The position numbers and the translations under genes were made by a program. Shown here piece by piece: positions 1-12,785 of a stretch of DNA of 64,000 nt. The stretch is from Balanoglossus misakiensis (lineage: Eukaryota > Animalia > Hemichordata), in NCBI GenBank assembly GCA_040954595.2, contig CM082589.2:9374894-9438893 (forward strand), written 5' to 3'. Below the pieces are notes generated by a model. The model ran no database searches and was not told where the DNA came from. It saw nothing but the letters and a program-made list of their open reading frames with translations. Within the stretch, counting starts at the first letter, position 1. Each line of letters starts with the position of its first letter.

Positions 1-485
1 ACAGAATTTTGTAAACAAACGAGGCTTTGTTTGGAAGCAACAATGGAAATTTTAGAACTATCCGTCGATCTACGGAGTCTAGTGGAAAACTTTCTTATGC
101 GCATAGGCCTATCTATGTGTTCTGCGCATCACAACAGAATTTTGTAAACAAACGAGGCTTTGTTTGGAAGCAACCATGGAATTTTTAGAACTATCTATCG
201 ATCTACAGAGTCTAGTGGAAAACGTTCTTATGCGCATAGGCCTATGTATGTGTTCTGCGCATCACAACAGAATTTTGTAAACAAAGGAGGCTGTGTTTGG
301 AAGCAACCATGGAAATTTTCGAACTATCTCTCGATCTACAGAGTCTAGTGGAAACATTTCTTATGCGCATAGGCCTATTATGTGTTCTGCGCCTCACAAC
401 AGAAATCGGTAAATAAACGAGGCTGTTTGGAAGCAACCATGGAAATTTTATAACTATCTCTCGATCTACAGAGTCTAGTGGAAAA

Positions 486-911
486 CTAATTGATACTGGA
501 GCAAATATTACTGTAGCTCCTATTCGGTTGTTAGAGCTAGTACCCGCTCTTAAGAATTATCCGATGTTCAAGTCCAGATATAATTGTGTACAACCGGCAA
601 ACGAAGACAAATTGAAGGTATTTGGATTGATGAAAATACCTGCTTTTATTGGGAATAAGCGCGTAAAACTGTATGTTAATTTAGTTGAGTCTCTTCAGCA
701 TAATCTGATTTTGGGACTTGATTTTATGAAGCGTTATAGAGCTGTTATTGATTTCATGGGTAATATTTTAAGATTACAATCAGACGTACCGTTAAGAACC
801 AATGTTGATGTTAACATTCCACCTGGTGAAAGTACCGTATAAATATCTTACTGGAGTTTTAGGTTGTATTTCTGATAAATGAACACGCTTAACCCCGGGT
901 ATTTTGGTAGC
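486..911 (+). mobile_element. Ty3/Gypsy-like retropepsin fragment in the satellite, variant A (DTG intact, 20-bp deletion)
   Basis: Translates LIDTGANITVAP...NLILGLDFMKRY (DTG and ILGxDF motifs). GAT-ACT-GGA is at 492-500; frameshift after IPPG. Confidence 0.85.
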
Positions 912-2359
912 TAAGCCTATTCGAATAAGAATTTTCTTCCCATACGTGTTCTGCGCCTCACAACAGAATTCGGTAAATAAACGAGGCTGTTTGGAAGCAA
1001 CCAAGGAAATGTTAGAACTATCCGTCGATCTACAGAGTCTGGTGGAAAACGTTCTTATGCGCATAGGCCTATAATGTGTTCTGCGCCTCACAACTATATT
1101 CGGAAATAAACGAGGGTGTTTGGAAGCAACCATGGAAATTTTAGAACTATCTCTCGATCTACAGAGTCTATAGTGGAAAACTTTCTTATGCACATATGCC
1201 TATATATGTGTTCTGTGCCTCAAAACAGAATTCCGTAAATAAACGAGGCTGTTTGGAAGCAACTATGGAAATTTTAGAACTACATGTATCCGTCGATCTA
1301 CAGAGTCTGGTGGAAAACTTTCTTATGCGCATAGGCCTATCACGTGTTCTGCGCCTCACTACAGAATTCGGTAAATAAACGAGGCTGTTTGGAAGCAACT
1401 ATGGAAATTTTAGAACTATCCGTTGATCTACAGAGTCTAGTGGAAAAATTTCTTATGCGCATAGGCCTATCATGTGTTCTGCGCCTCACAACAGAAATCG
1501 GTAAATAAACGAGGATGTTTGGAAGCAACCATGGAAATTTTAGAATTATCCGTCGATCTACGGAGTCTAGTGGAAAACTTTCTTATGCGCATAGGCCTAT
1601 CTATGTGTTCTGCGCCTCACAACAGAATTCGGTAAATAAACGAGGCTGTTTGGAAGCAACCATGGAAATTTTAGAACTATCCGTCGATCTACAGAGTCTA
1701 GTGGAAAACTTTCTTATGCGCATAGGCCTATCTATGTGTTCTGCGCCTCACAACAGAATTCGGTAAATAAACGAGGCTGTTTGGAAGCAACCATGGAAAT
1801 TTTAGAACTATCCGTCGATCTACGGAGTCTAGTGGAAAACTTTCTTATGCGCATAGGCCTATCTATGTGTTCTGCGCCTCACAACAGAATTCGGAAATAA
1901 ACGAGGCTGTTTGGAAGCAACCATGGACATTTTAGAACTATCTCTCGATCTACAGAGTCTAGTGGAAAACTTTCTCATGCGCATAGGCCTATTACGTGTT
2001 CTGCGCCTCACAACAGAATTCGGTAAATAAACGAGGCTGTTTGGAAGCAACCATGGAAATTTTAGAACTATCTCTTGATCTACAGAGTCTAGTGGAAACA
2101 TTTCTTATGCGCATAGGCCTATCATGTGTTATGCGCCTCACAACAGAATTCGGTAAATAAACGAGGTTGTTTGGAAGCAACCATGGAAATTTTAGAACTA
2201 TCTCTTGATCTACAGAGTCTAGTGGAAACATTTCTTATGCGCATAGGCCTATCATGTGTTATGCGCCTCACAACAGAAATCGGTAAATAAACGAGGCTGT
2301 TTGGAAGCAACCATGGAAATTTTATAACTATCTCTCGATCTACAGAGTCTAGTGGAAAA

Positions 2360-2805
2360 CTAATTAATACTGGAGCAAATATTACTGTAACTCCTATTCG
2401 GTTGTTAGAGCTAGTACCCGCTCTTAAGAATTATCCGATGTTCAAGTCCAGATATAATTGTGTACAACCGGCAAACGAAGACAAATTGAAGGTATTTGGA
2501 TTGATGAAAATACCTGCTTTTATTGGGAATAAGCGTGTATTACTGTATGTTAATTTAGTTGAGTCTCTTCAGCATAATCTGATTTTGGGACTTGATTTTA
2601 TGAAGCGTTATAGAGCTGTTGTTGATTTCATGGGTAATATTTTAAGATTACAATCAGACGTACCGTTAAGAACCAATGTTGATGTTAACATTCCACCCGG
2701 AAATGAAATGGTTATTCCAGTGAAAGTACCGTATAAATATCTTACTGGAGTTTTAGGTTGTATTTCTGATAAACGAACACGCTTAACCCCGGGTATTTTG
2801 GTAGC
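2360..2805 (+). mobile_element. Retropepsin fragment, variant B (catalytic D to N, frame intact)
   Basis: LINTGANITV...ILGLDFMKRY...VNIPPGNEMVIPVKVP; contains the 20 bp AAATGAAATGGTTATTCCAG missing from variant A. Confidence 0.85.
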
Positions 2806-5800
2806 TAAGCCTATTCGAATAAGAATTTTCTTCCCATGCGTGTTCTGCGCCTCACAACAGAATTCGGTAAATAAACGAGGCTGTTTGGAAGCAACCTTGG
2901 AAATGTTAGAACTATCCGTCGATCTACAGAGTCTGGTGGAAAACGTTCTTATGCGCATAGGCCTATCATGTGTTCTGCGCCTCACAACTATATTCGGAAA
3001 TAAACGAGGGTGTTTGGAAGCAACCATGGAAATTTTAGAACTATCTCTCGATCTACAGAGTCTATAGTGGAAAACTTTCTTATGCACATATGCCTATCTA
3101 TGTGTTCTGTGCCTCAAAACAGAATTCCGTAAATAAACGAGGCTGTTTGGAAGCAAACATGGAAATTTTAGAACTATCTCTCGATCTACAGAGTATAGTG
3201 GAAAACGTTCATATGCGCATAGGCATATGTATGTGTTCTACGCATCACAACAGAATTCGGTAAATAAACGAGGCTGTTTGGAAACAACCATGGAAATTTT
3301 AGAACTATCCGTTGATCTAAAGTTGAAAAGTTTCTTATGCGCATAGGCCTATCTATGTGTTCTGCGCCTCCCAACAGAATTCCGTAAATACACGAGGCTG
3401 TGTTTGGAAGCAACCATGGAAATTTTAGAACTATCCGTCGATCTACAGAGTCTAGTGGAAAACGTTCTTATGCGCATAGGCCTATCTATGTGTTCTGCGC
3501 ATCACAACAGAATTTTGTAAAAAAACGAGGATGTGTTTGGAAGCAACCATGGAAATTTAAGAACTATCCTCGATCTACAGAGTATAGTGGAAAACGTTCA
3601 TATGCGCATAGGCCTATCTATGTGTTCTGCGCATCACAACAGAATTTTGTAAACAAACGAGGCTTTGTTTGGAAGCAACCATGGAAATTTTAGAACTATC
3701 CGTTGATCTAAAGTTGAAAAGTTTCTTATGCGCATAGGCCTATCTATGTGTTCAGCGCATCACAACAGAATTGTGTAAATAAACGAGGCTGTGTTTGGAA
3801 ACAACCCTGGAAATTTTAGAACTATCTCTCGATCTACAGTGACTAGTGGAAAACTTGCTTATGCACATAGGCCTATCTATATGTTCTGCGCATCACAACA
3901 GAATTCGGTAAATAAACGAGGCTGTATTTGGAAGCAACCATGGAAATTTTAGAACTATCCGTCGATCTACAGAGTCTAATGGAAAACGTTCTTACGCACA
4001 TAGGCCTATCTAAGTGTTATGCGCATCACAACAGAATTTTATAAACAAACGAGGCTTTGTTTGGAAGCAACCATGGACATTTTAGAACTATCCGTCGATC
4101 TACAGTGGAAAACTATCTTATGCGCATTGCCCTATCTATGTATTCTGCTCATCACAACATAATTTTGTAAACAAAAAAGGGTGTGTTTGGAAGCAACCAT
4201 TGAAATTTTAAAACTATCTCTTGATTTACAGAGTCTAGTGGAAAACTTTCTTTGCACATTGACCTATGTATGTGTTCTGCGCCTCAAAACAGAATTCCGT
4301 AAATAAACGAGGCTGTTTGGAAGAAACCATGGAAATTTTAGAACTATCTCTCGATCTACAGAATCTAGTGGAAAACATTATTATGCGCATAAACCTATCT
4401 ATGTGTTCTGCGCATCACAACATAATTCAGTAAACAAACGAGGCGGGGTTTGGAAGCAACCATGGAAATTTTAGAACTATCTCTCGATCTACAGAGTCTA
4501 GTGGAAAACATTCTTATGCGCAAAGGCCTATCTATGTGTTCTGCGCCTCAAAACAGAATTCCGTAAATAAACGGGGCTGTTTGGAAGCAAACATGGAAAT
4601 TCTAGAACTATCTCTCGATCTACAGAGTATAGTGGAAAACGTTCATATGCGCATAGGCCTATCATGTGTTATGCACATCACAACAGAATTTTGTAAACAA
4701 ACGAGGCTTTGTTTGGAAGCAACAATGGAAATTTTAGAACTATCCGTCGATCTACGGAGTCTAGTGGAAAACTTTCTTATGCGCATAGGCCTATCTATGT
4801 GTTCTGCGCATCACAACAGAATTTTGTAAACAAACGAGGCTTTGTTTGGAAGCAACCATGGAATTTTTAGAACTATCTATCGATCTACAGAGTCTAGTGG
4901 AAAACGTTCTTATGCGCATAGGCCTATCTATGTCTTCTGCGCATCACAACAGAATTTTGTAAACAAAGGAGGCTGTGTTTGGAAGCAACCATGGAAATTT
5001 TCGAACTATCTCTCGATCTACAGAGTCTAGTGGAAAACTTTCTTTGCACATAGACCTATGTATGTGTTCTGCGCCTCAAAACAGAATTCCGTAAATAAAC
5101 GAGGCTGTTTGGAAGAAACAATGGAAATTTTAGAACTATCTCTCGATCTACAGAATCTAGTGGAAAACTTTATTATGCGCATAAACCTATCTATGTGTTC
5201 TGCGCATCACAACATAATTCAATAAACAAACGAGGCGGGGTTTGGAAGCAACCATGGAAATTTTAGAAATATCTCTCGATCTACAGAGTCTAGTGGAAAA
5301 CTTTGTTATGCGCATAGGCCTATCATGTGTTATGCGCATCACAACAGAATTTTGTAAACAAACGAGGCGGGGTTTGGAAGCAACCATGGAAATTTTAGAA
5401 CTATCTCTCGATCTACAGAGTCTAGTGGAAAACATTCTTATGCGCAAAGGCCTATCTATGTGTTCTGCGCCTCAAAACAGAATTCCGTAAATAAACGGGG
5501 CTGTTTGGAAGCAAACATGGAAATTCTAGAACTATCTCTCGATCTACAGAGTATAGTGGAAAACGTTCATATGCGCATAGGCCTATCATGTGTTATGCAC
5601 ATCACAACAGAATTTTGTAAACAAACGAGGCTTTGTTTGGAAGCAACAATGGAAATTTTAGAACTATCCGTCGATCTACGGAGTCTAGTGGAAAACTTTC
5701 TTATGCGCATAGGCCTATCTATGTGTTCTGCGCATCACAATAGAATTTTGTAAACAAACGAGGCTTTGTTTGGAAGCAACCATGGAATTTTTAGAACTAT

Positions 5801-7405
5801 CTATCGATCTACAGAGTCTAGTGGAAAACGTTCTTATGCGCATAGGCCTATCTATGTGTTCTGCGCATCACAACAGAATTTTGTAAACAAAGGAGGCTGT
5901 GTTTGGAAGCAACCATGGAAATTTTCGAACTATCTCTCGATCTACAGAGTCTAGTGGAAAACTTTCTTTGCACATAGACCTATGTATGTGTTCTGCGCCT
6001 CAAAACAGAATTCCGTAAATAAACGAGGCTGTTTGGAAGAAACCATGGAAATTTTAGAACTATCTCTCGATCTACAGAATCTAGTGGAAAACTTTATTAT
6101 GCGCATAAACCTATCTATGTGTTCTGCGCATCACAACATAATTCAATAAACAAACGAGGCGGGGTTTGGAAGCAACCATGGAAATTTTAGAAATATCTCT
6201 CGATCTACAGAGTCTAGTGGAAAACTTTGTTATGCGCATAGGCCTATCATGTGTTATGCGCATCACAACAGAATTTTGTAAACAAACGAGGCGGGGTTTG
6301 GAAGCAACCATGGAAATTTTAGAACTATCTCTCGATCTACAGAGTCTAGTGGAAAACATTCTTATGCGCAAAGGCCTATCTATGTGTTCTGCGCCTCAAA
6401 ACAGAATTCCGTAAATAAACGGGGCTGTTTGGAAGCAAACATGGAAATTCTAGAACTATCTCTCGATCTACAGAGTATAGTGGAAAACGTTCATATGCGC
6501 ATAGGCCTATCATGTGTTATGCACATCACAACAGAATTTTGTAAACAAACGAGGCTTTGTTTGGAAGCAACAATGGAAATTTTAGAACTATCCGTCGATC
6601 TACGGAGTCTAGTGGAAAACTTTCTTATGCGCATAGGCCTATCTATGTGTTCTGCGCATCACAATAGAATTTTGTAAACAAACGAGGCTTTGTTTGGAAG
6701 CAACCATGGAATTTTTAGAACTATCTATCGATCTACAGAGTCTAGTGGAAAACGTTCTTATGCGCATAGGCCTATCTATGTGTTCTGCGCATCACAACAG
6801 AATTTTGTAAACAAAGGAGGCTGTGTTTGGAAGCAACCATGGAAATTTTCGAACTATCTCTCGATCTACAGAGTCTAGTGGAAACATTTCTTATGCGCAT
6901 AGGCCTATCTATGTGTTCTGCGCCTCACAACAGAATTCGGAAATAAACGAGGCTGTTTGGAAGCAACCATGGACATTTTAGAACTATCTCTCGATCTACA
7001 GAGTCTAGTGGAAAACTTTCTCATGCGCATAGGCCTATTACGTGTTCTGCGCCTCACAACAGAATTCGGTAAATAAACGAGGCTGTTTGGAAGCAACCAT
7101 GGAAATTTTAGAACTATCTCTTGATCTACAGAGTCTAGTGGAAACATTTCTTATGCGCATAGGCCTATCATGTGTTATGCGCCTCACAACAGAATTCGGT
7201 AAATAAACGAGGTTGTTTGGAAGCAACCATGGAAATTTTAGAACTATCTCTTGATCTACAGAGTCTAGTGGAAACATTTCTTATGCGCATAGGCCTATCA
7301 TGTGTTATGCGCCTCACAACAGAAATCGGTAAATAAACGAGGCTGTTTGGAAGCAACCATGGAAATTTTATAACTATCTCTCGATCTACAGAGTCTAGTG
7401 GAAAA

Positions 7406-7851
7406 CTAATTAATACTGGAGCAAATATTACTGTAACTCCTATTCGGTTGTTAGAGCTAGTACCCGCTCTTAAGAATTATCCGATGTTCAAGTCCAGATA
7501 TAATTGTGTACAACCGGCAAACGAAGACAAATTGAAGGTATTTGGATTGATGAAAATACCTGCTTTTATTGGGAATAAGCGTGTATTACTGTATGTTAAT
7601 TTAGTTGAGTCTCTTCAGCATAATCTGATTTTGGGACTTGATTTTATGAAGCGTTATAGAGCTGTTGTTGATTTCATGGGTAATATTTTAAGATTACAAT
7701 CAGACGTACCGTTAAGAACCAATGTTGATGTTAACATTCCACCCGGAAATGAAATGGTTATTCCAGTGAAAGTACCGTATAAATATCTTACTGGAGTTTT
7801 AGGTTGTATTTCTGATAAACGAACACGCTTAACCCCGGGTATTTTGGTAGC
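7406..7851 (+). mobile_element. Retropepsin fragment, variant B
   Basis: Copy of 2360-2805 at +5046. Confidence 0.85.
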
Positions 7852-8779
7852 TAAGCCTATTCGAATAAGAATTTTCTTCCCATGCGTGTTCTGCGCCTCA
7901 CAACAGAATTCGGTAAATAAACGAGGCTGTTTGGAAGCAACCTTGGAAATGTTAGAACTATCCGTCGATCTACAGAGTCTGGTGGAAAACGTTCTTATGC
8001 GCATAGGCCTATCATGTGTTCTGCGCCTCACAACAGAATTCGGAAATAAACGAGGCTGTTTGGAAGCAACCATGGAAATTTTAGAACTATCTCTCGATCT
8101 ACAGAGTCTATAGTGGAAAACTTTCTTATGCACATATGCCTATATATGTGTTCTGCGCCTCAAAACAGAATTCCGTAAATAAACGGGGCTGTTTGGAAGC
8201 AAACATGGAAATTCTAGAACTATCTCTCGATCTACAGAGTATAGTGGAAAACGTTCATATGCGCATAGGCCTATCATGTGTTATGCACATCACAACAGAA
8301 TTTTGTAAACAAACGAGGCTTTGTTTGGAAGCAACAATGGAAATTTTAGAACTATCCGTCGATCTACGGAGTCTAGTGGAAAACTTTCTTATGCGCATAG
8401 GCCTATCTATGTGTTCTGCGCATCACAACAGAATTTTGTAAACAAACGAGGCTTTGTTTGGAAGCAACCATGGAATTTTTAGAACTATCTATCGATCTAC
8501 AGAGTCTAGTGGAAAACGTTCTTATGCGCATAGGCCTATGTATGTGTTCTGCGCATCACAACAGAATTTTGTAAACAAAGGAGGCTGTGTTTGGAAGCAA
8601 CCATGGAAATTTTCGAACTATCTCTCGATCTACAGAGTCTAGTGGAAACATTTCTTATGCGCATAGGCCTATTATGTGTTCTGCGCCTCACAACAGAAAT
8701 CGGTAAATAAACGAGGCTGTTTGGAAGCAACCATGGAAATTTTATAACTATCTCTCGATCTACAGAGTCTAGTGGAAAA

Positions 8780-9205
8780 CTAATTGATACTGGAGCAAAT
8801 ATTACTGTAGCTCCTATTCGGTTGTTAGAGCTAGTACCCGCTCTTAAGAATTATCCGATGTTCAAGTCCAGATATAATTGTGTACAACCGGCAAACGAAG
8901 ACAAATTGAAGGTATTTGGATTGATGAAAATACCTGCTTTTATTGGGAATAAGCGCGTAAAACTGTATGTTAATTTAGTTGAGTCTCTTCAGCATAATCT
9001 GATTTTGGGACTTGATTTTATGAAGCGTTATAGAGCTGTTATTGATTTCATGGGTAATATTTTAAGATTACAATCAGACGTACCGTTAAGAACCAATGTT
9101 GATGTTAACATTCCACCTGGTGAAAGTACCGTATAAATATCTTACTGGAGTTTTAGGTTGTATTTCTGATAAATGAACACGCTTAACCCCGGGTATTTTG
9201 GTAGC
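8780..9205 (+). mobile_element. Retropepsin fragment, variant A
   Basis: Copy of 486-911 at +8294. Confidence 0.85.
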
Positions 9206-12200
9206 TAAGCCTATTCGAATAAGAATTTTCTTCCCATACGTGTTCTGCGCCTCACAACAGAATTCGGTAAATAAACGAGGCTGTTTGGAAGCAACCAAGG
9301 AAATGTTAGAACTATCCGTCGATCTACAGAGTCTGGTGGAAAACGTTCTTATGCGCATAGGCCTATAATGTGTTCTGCGCCTCACAACTATATTCGGAAA
9401 TAAACGAGGGTGTTTGGAAGCAACCATGGAAATTTTAGAACTATCTCTCGATCTACAGAGTCTATAGTGGAAAACTTTCTTATGCACATATGCCTATCTA
9501 TGTGTTCTGTGCCTCAAAACAGAATTCCGTAAATAAACGAGGCTGTTTGGAAGCAAACATGGAAATTTTAGAACTATCTCTCGATCTACAGAGTATAGTG
9601 GAAAACGTTCATATGCGCATAGGCATATGTATGTGTTCTACGCATCACAACAGAATTCGGTAAATAAACGAGGCTGTTTGGAAACAACCATGGAAATTTT
9701 AGAACTATCCGTTGATCTAAAGTTGAAAAGTTTCTTATGCGCATAGGCCTATCTATGTGTTCTGCGCCTCCCAACAGAATTCCGTAAATACACGAGGCTG
9801 TGTTTGGAAGCAACCATGGAAATTTTAGAACTATCCGTCGATCTACAGAGTCTAGTGGAAAACGTTCTTATGCGCATAGGCCTATCTATGTGTTCTGCGC
9901 ATCACAACAGAATTTTGTAAAAAAACGAGGATGTGTTTGGAAGCAACCATGGAAATTTAAGAACTATCCTCGATCTACAGAGTATAGTGGAAAACGTTCA
10001 TATGCGCATAGGCCTATCTATGTGTTCTGCGCATCACAACAGAATTTTGTAAACAAACGAGGCTTTGTTTGGAAGCAACCATGGAAATTTTAGAACTATC
10101 CGTTGATCTAAAGTTGAAAAGTTTCTTATGCGCATAGGCCTATCTATGTGTTCAGCGCATCACAACAGAATTGTGTAAATAAACGAGGCTGTGTTTGGAA
10201 ACAACCCTGGAAATTTTAGAACTATCTCTCGATCTACAGTGACTAGTGGAAAACTTGCTTATGCACATAGGCCTATCTATATGTTCTGCGCATCACAACA
10301 GAATTCGGTAAATAAACGAGGCTGTATTTGGAAGCAACCATGGAAATTTTAGAACTATCCGTCGATCTACAGAGTCTAATGGAAAACGTTCTTACGCACA
10401 TAGGCCTATCTAAGTGTTATGCGCATCACAACAGAATTTTATAAACAAACGAGGCTTTGTTTGGAAGCAACCATGGACATTTTAGAACTATCCGTCGATC
10501 TACAGTGGAAAACTATCTTATGCGCATTGCCCTATCTATGTATTCTGCTCATCACAACATAATTTTGTAAACAAAAAAGGGTGTGTTTGGAAGCAACCAT
10601 TGAAATTTTAAAACTATCTCTTGATTTACAGAGTCTAGTGGAAAACTTTCTTTGCACATAGACCTATGTATGTGTTCTGCGCCTCAAAACAGAATTCCGT
10701 AAATAAACGAGGCTGTTTGGAAGAAACCATGGAAATTTTAGAACTATCTCTCGATCTACAGAATCTAGTGGAAAACTTTATTATGCGCATAAACCTATCT
10801 ATGTGTTCTGCGCATCACAACATAATTCAGTAAACAAACGAGGCGGGGTTTGGAAGCAACCATGGAAATTTTAGAAATATCTCTCGATCTACAGAGTCTA
10901 GTGGAAAACTTTGTTATGCGCATAGGCCTATCATGTGTTATGCGCATCACAACAGAATTTTGTAAACAAACGAGGCGGGGTTTGGAAGTAACCATGGAAA
11001 TTTTAGAACTATCTCTCGATCTACAGAGTCTAGTGGAAAACATTCTTATGCGCAAAGGCCTATCTATGTGTTCTGCGCCTCAAAACAGAATTCCGTAAAT
11101 AAACGAGGCTGTTTGGAAGCAAACATGGAAATTTTACAGCTATCCGTCGATCTACAGAGTCTAGTGGAAAACGTTCTTATGCGCATAGGCCTATATATGT
11201 GTTCTGCGCATCACAACAGAATTCGGTAAACAAACGAGGCGGGGTTTGGAAGCAACCATGGGAATTTTAGAACTATCCGTCGATCTACAGAGTATAGTGG
11301 AAAACGTTCTTATGCGCATAGGCCTATCATGTGTTATGCGCATCACAACAGAATTTTGTAAACAAACGAGGCGGGGTTTGGAAGCAACCATGGAAATTTG
11401 AGAACTATCCGTCGATCTACAGAGTCTAGTAGAAAACGTTCTTATGCGCATAGGCCTATCATGTGTTATGCGCATCACAACAGAATTTTGTAAACAAACG
11501 AGGCTTTGTTTGGAAGCAACCATGGAAATTTTAGAAATATCTCTCGATCTACAGAGTCTAGTGGAAAACTTTGTTATGCGCATAGGCCTATCATGTGTTA
11601 TGCGCATCACAACAGAATTTTGTAAACAAACGAGGCGGGGTTTGGAAGCAACCATGGAAATTTTAGAACTATCTCTCGATCTACAGAGTCTAGTGGAAAA
11701 CATTCTTATGCGCAAAGGCCTATCTATGTGTTCTGCGCCTCAAAACAGAATTCCGTAAATAAACGGGGCTGTTTGGAAGCAAACATGGAAATTCTAGAAC
11801 TATCTCTCGATCTACAGAGTATAGTGGAAAACGTTCATATGCGCATAGGCCTATCATGTGTTATGCACATCACAACAGAATTTTGTAAACAAACGAGGCT
11901 TTGTTTGGAAGCAACAATGGAAATTTTAGAACTATCCGTCGATCTACGGAGTCTAGTGGAAAACTTTCTTATGCGCATAGGCCTATCTATGTGTTCTGCG
12001 CATCACAACAGAATTTGGTAAACAAACGAGGCTTTGTTTGGAAGCAACCATGGAATTTTTAGAACTATCTATCGATCTACAGAGTCTAGTGGAAAACGTT
12101 CTTATGCGCATAGGCCTATCTATGTGTTCTGCGCATCACAACAGAATTTTGTAAACAAAGGAGGCTGTGTTTGGAAGCAACCATGGAAATTTTCGAACTA

Positions 12201-12359
12201 TCTCTCGATCTACAGAGTCTAGTGGAAACATTTCTTATGCGCATAGGCCTATTATGTGTTATGCGCCTCACAACAGAAATCGGTAAATAAACGAGGCTGT
12301 TTGGAAGCAACCATGGAAATTTTATAACTATCTCTCGATCTACAGAGTCTAGTGGAAAA

Positions 12360-12785
12360 CTAATTGATACTGGAGCAAATATTACTGTAGCTCCTATTCG
12401 GTTGTTAGAGCTAGTACCCGCTATTAAGAATTATCCGATGTTCAAGTCCAGATATAATTGTGTACAACCGGCAAACGAAGACAAATTGAAGGTATTTGGA
12501 TTGATGAAAATACCTGCTTTTATTGGGAATAAGCGCGTAAAACTGTATGTTAATTTAGTTGAGTCTCTTCAGCATAATCTGATTTTGGGACTTGATTTTA
12601 TGAAGCGTTATAGAGCTGTTATTGATTTCATGGGTAATATTTTAAGATTACAATCAGACGTACCGTTAAGAACCAATGTTGATGTTAACATTCCACCTGG
12701 TGAAAGTACCGTATAAATATCTTACTGGAGTTTTAGGTTGTATTTCTGATAAATGAACACGCTTAACCCCGGGTATTTTGGTAGC
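12360..12785 (+). mobile_element. Retropepsin fragment, variant A
   Basis: Copy of 8780-9205 at +3580 with one L to I change (PAIKN). Confidence 0.85.

Noticed and set aside
2402-3067. 221-aa ORF as a functional gene
   Set aside because: It starts at TTG downstream of a mutated catalytic motif, and its C-terminal third is satellite read-through.
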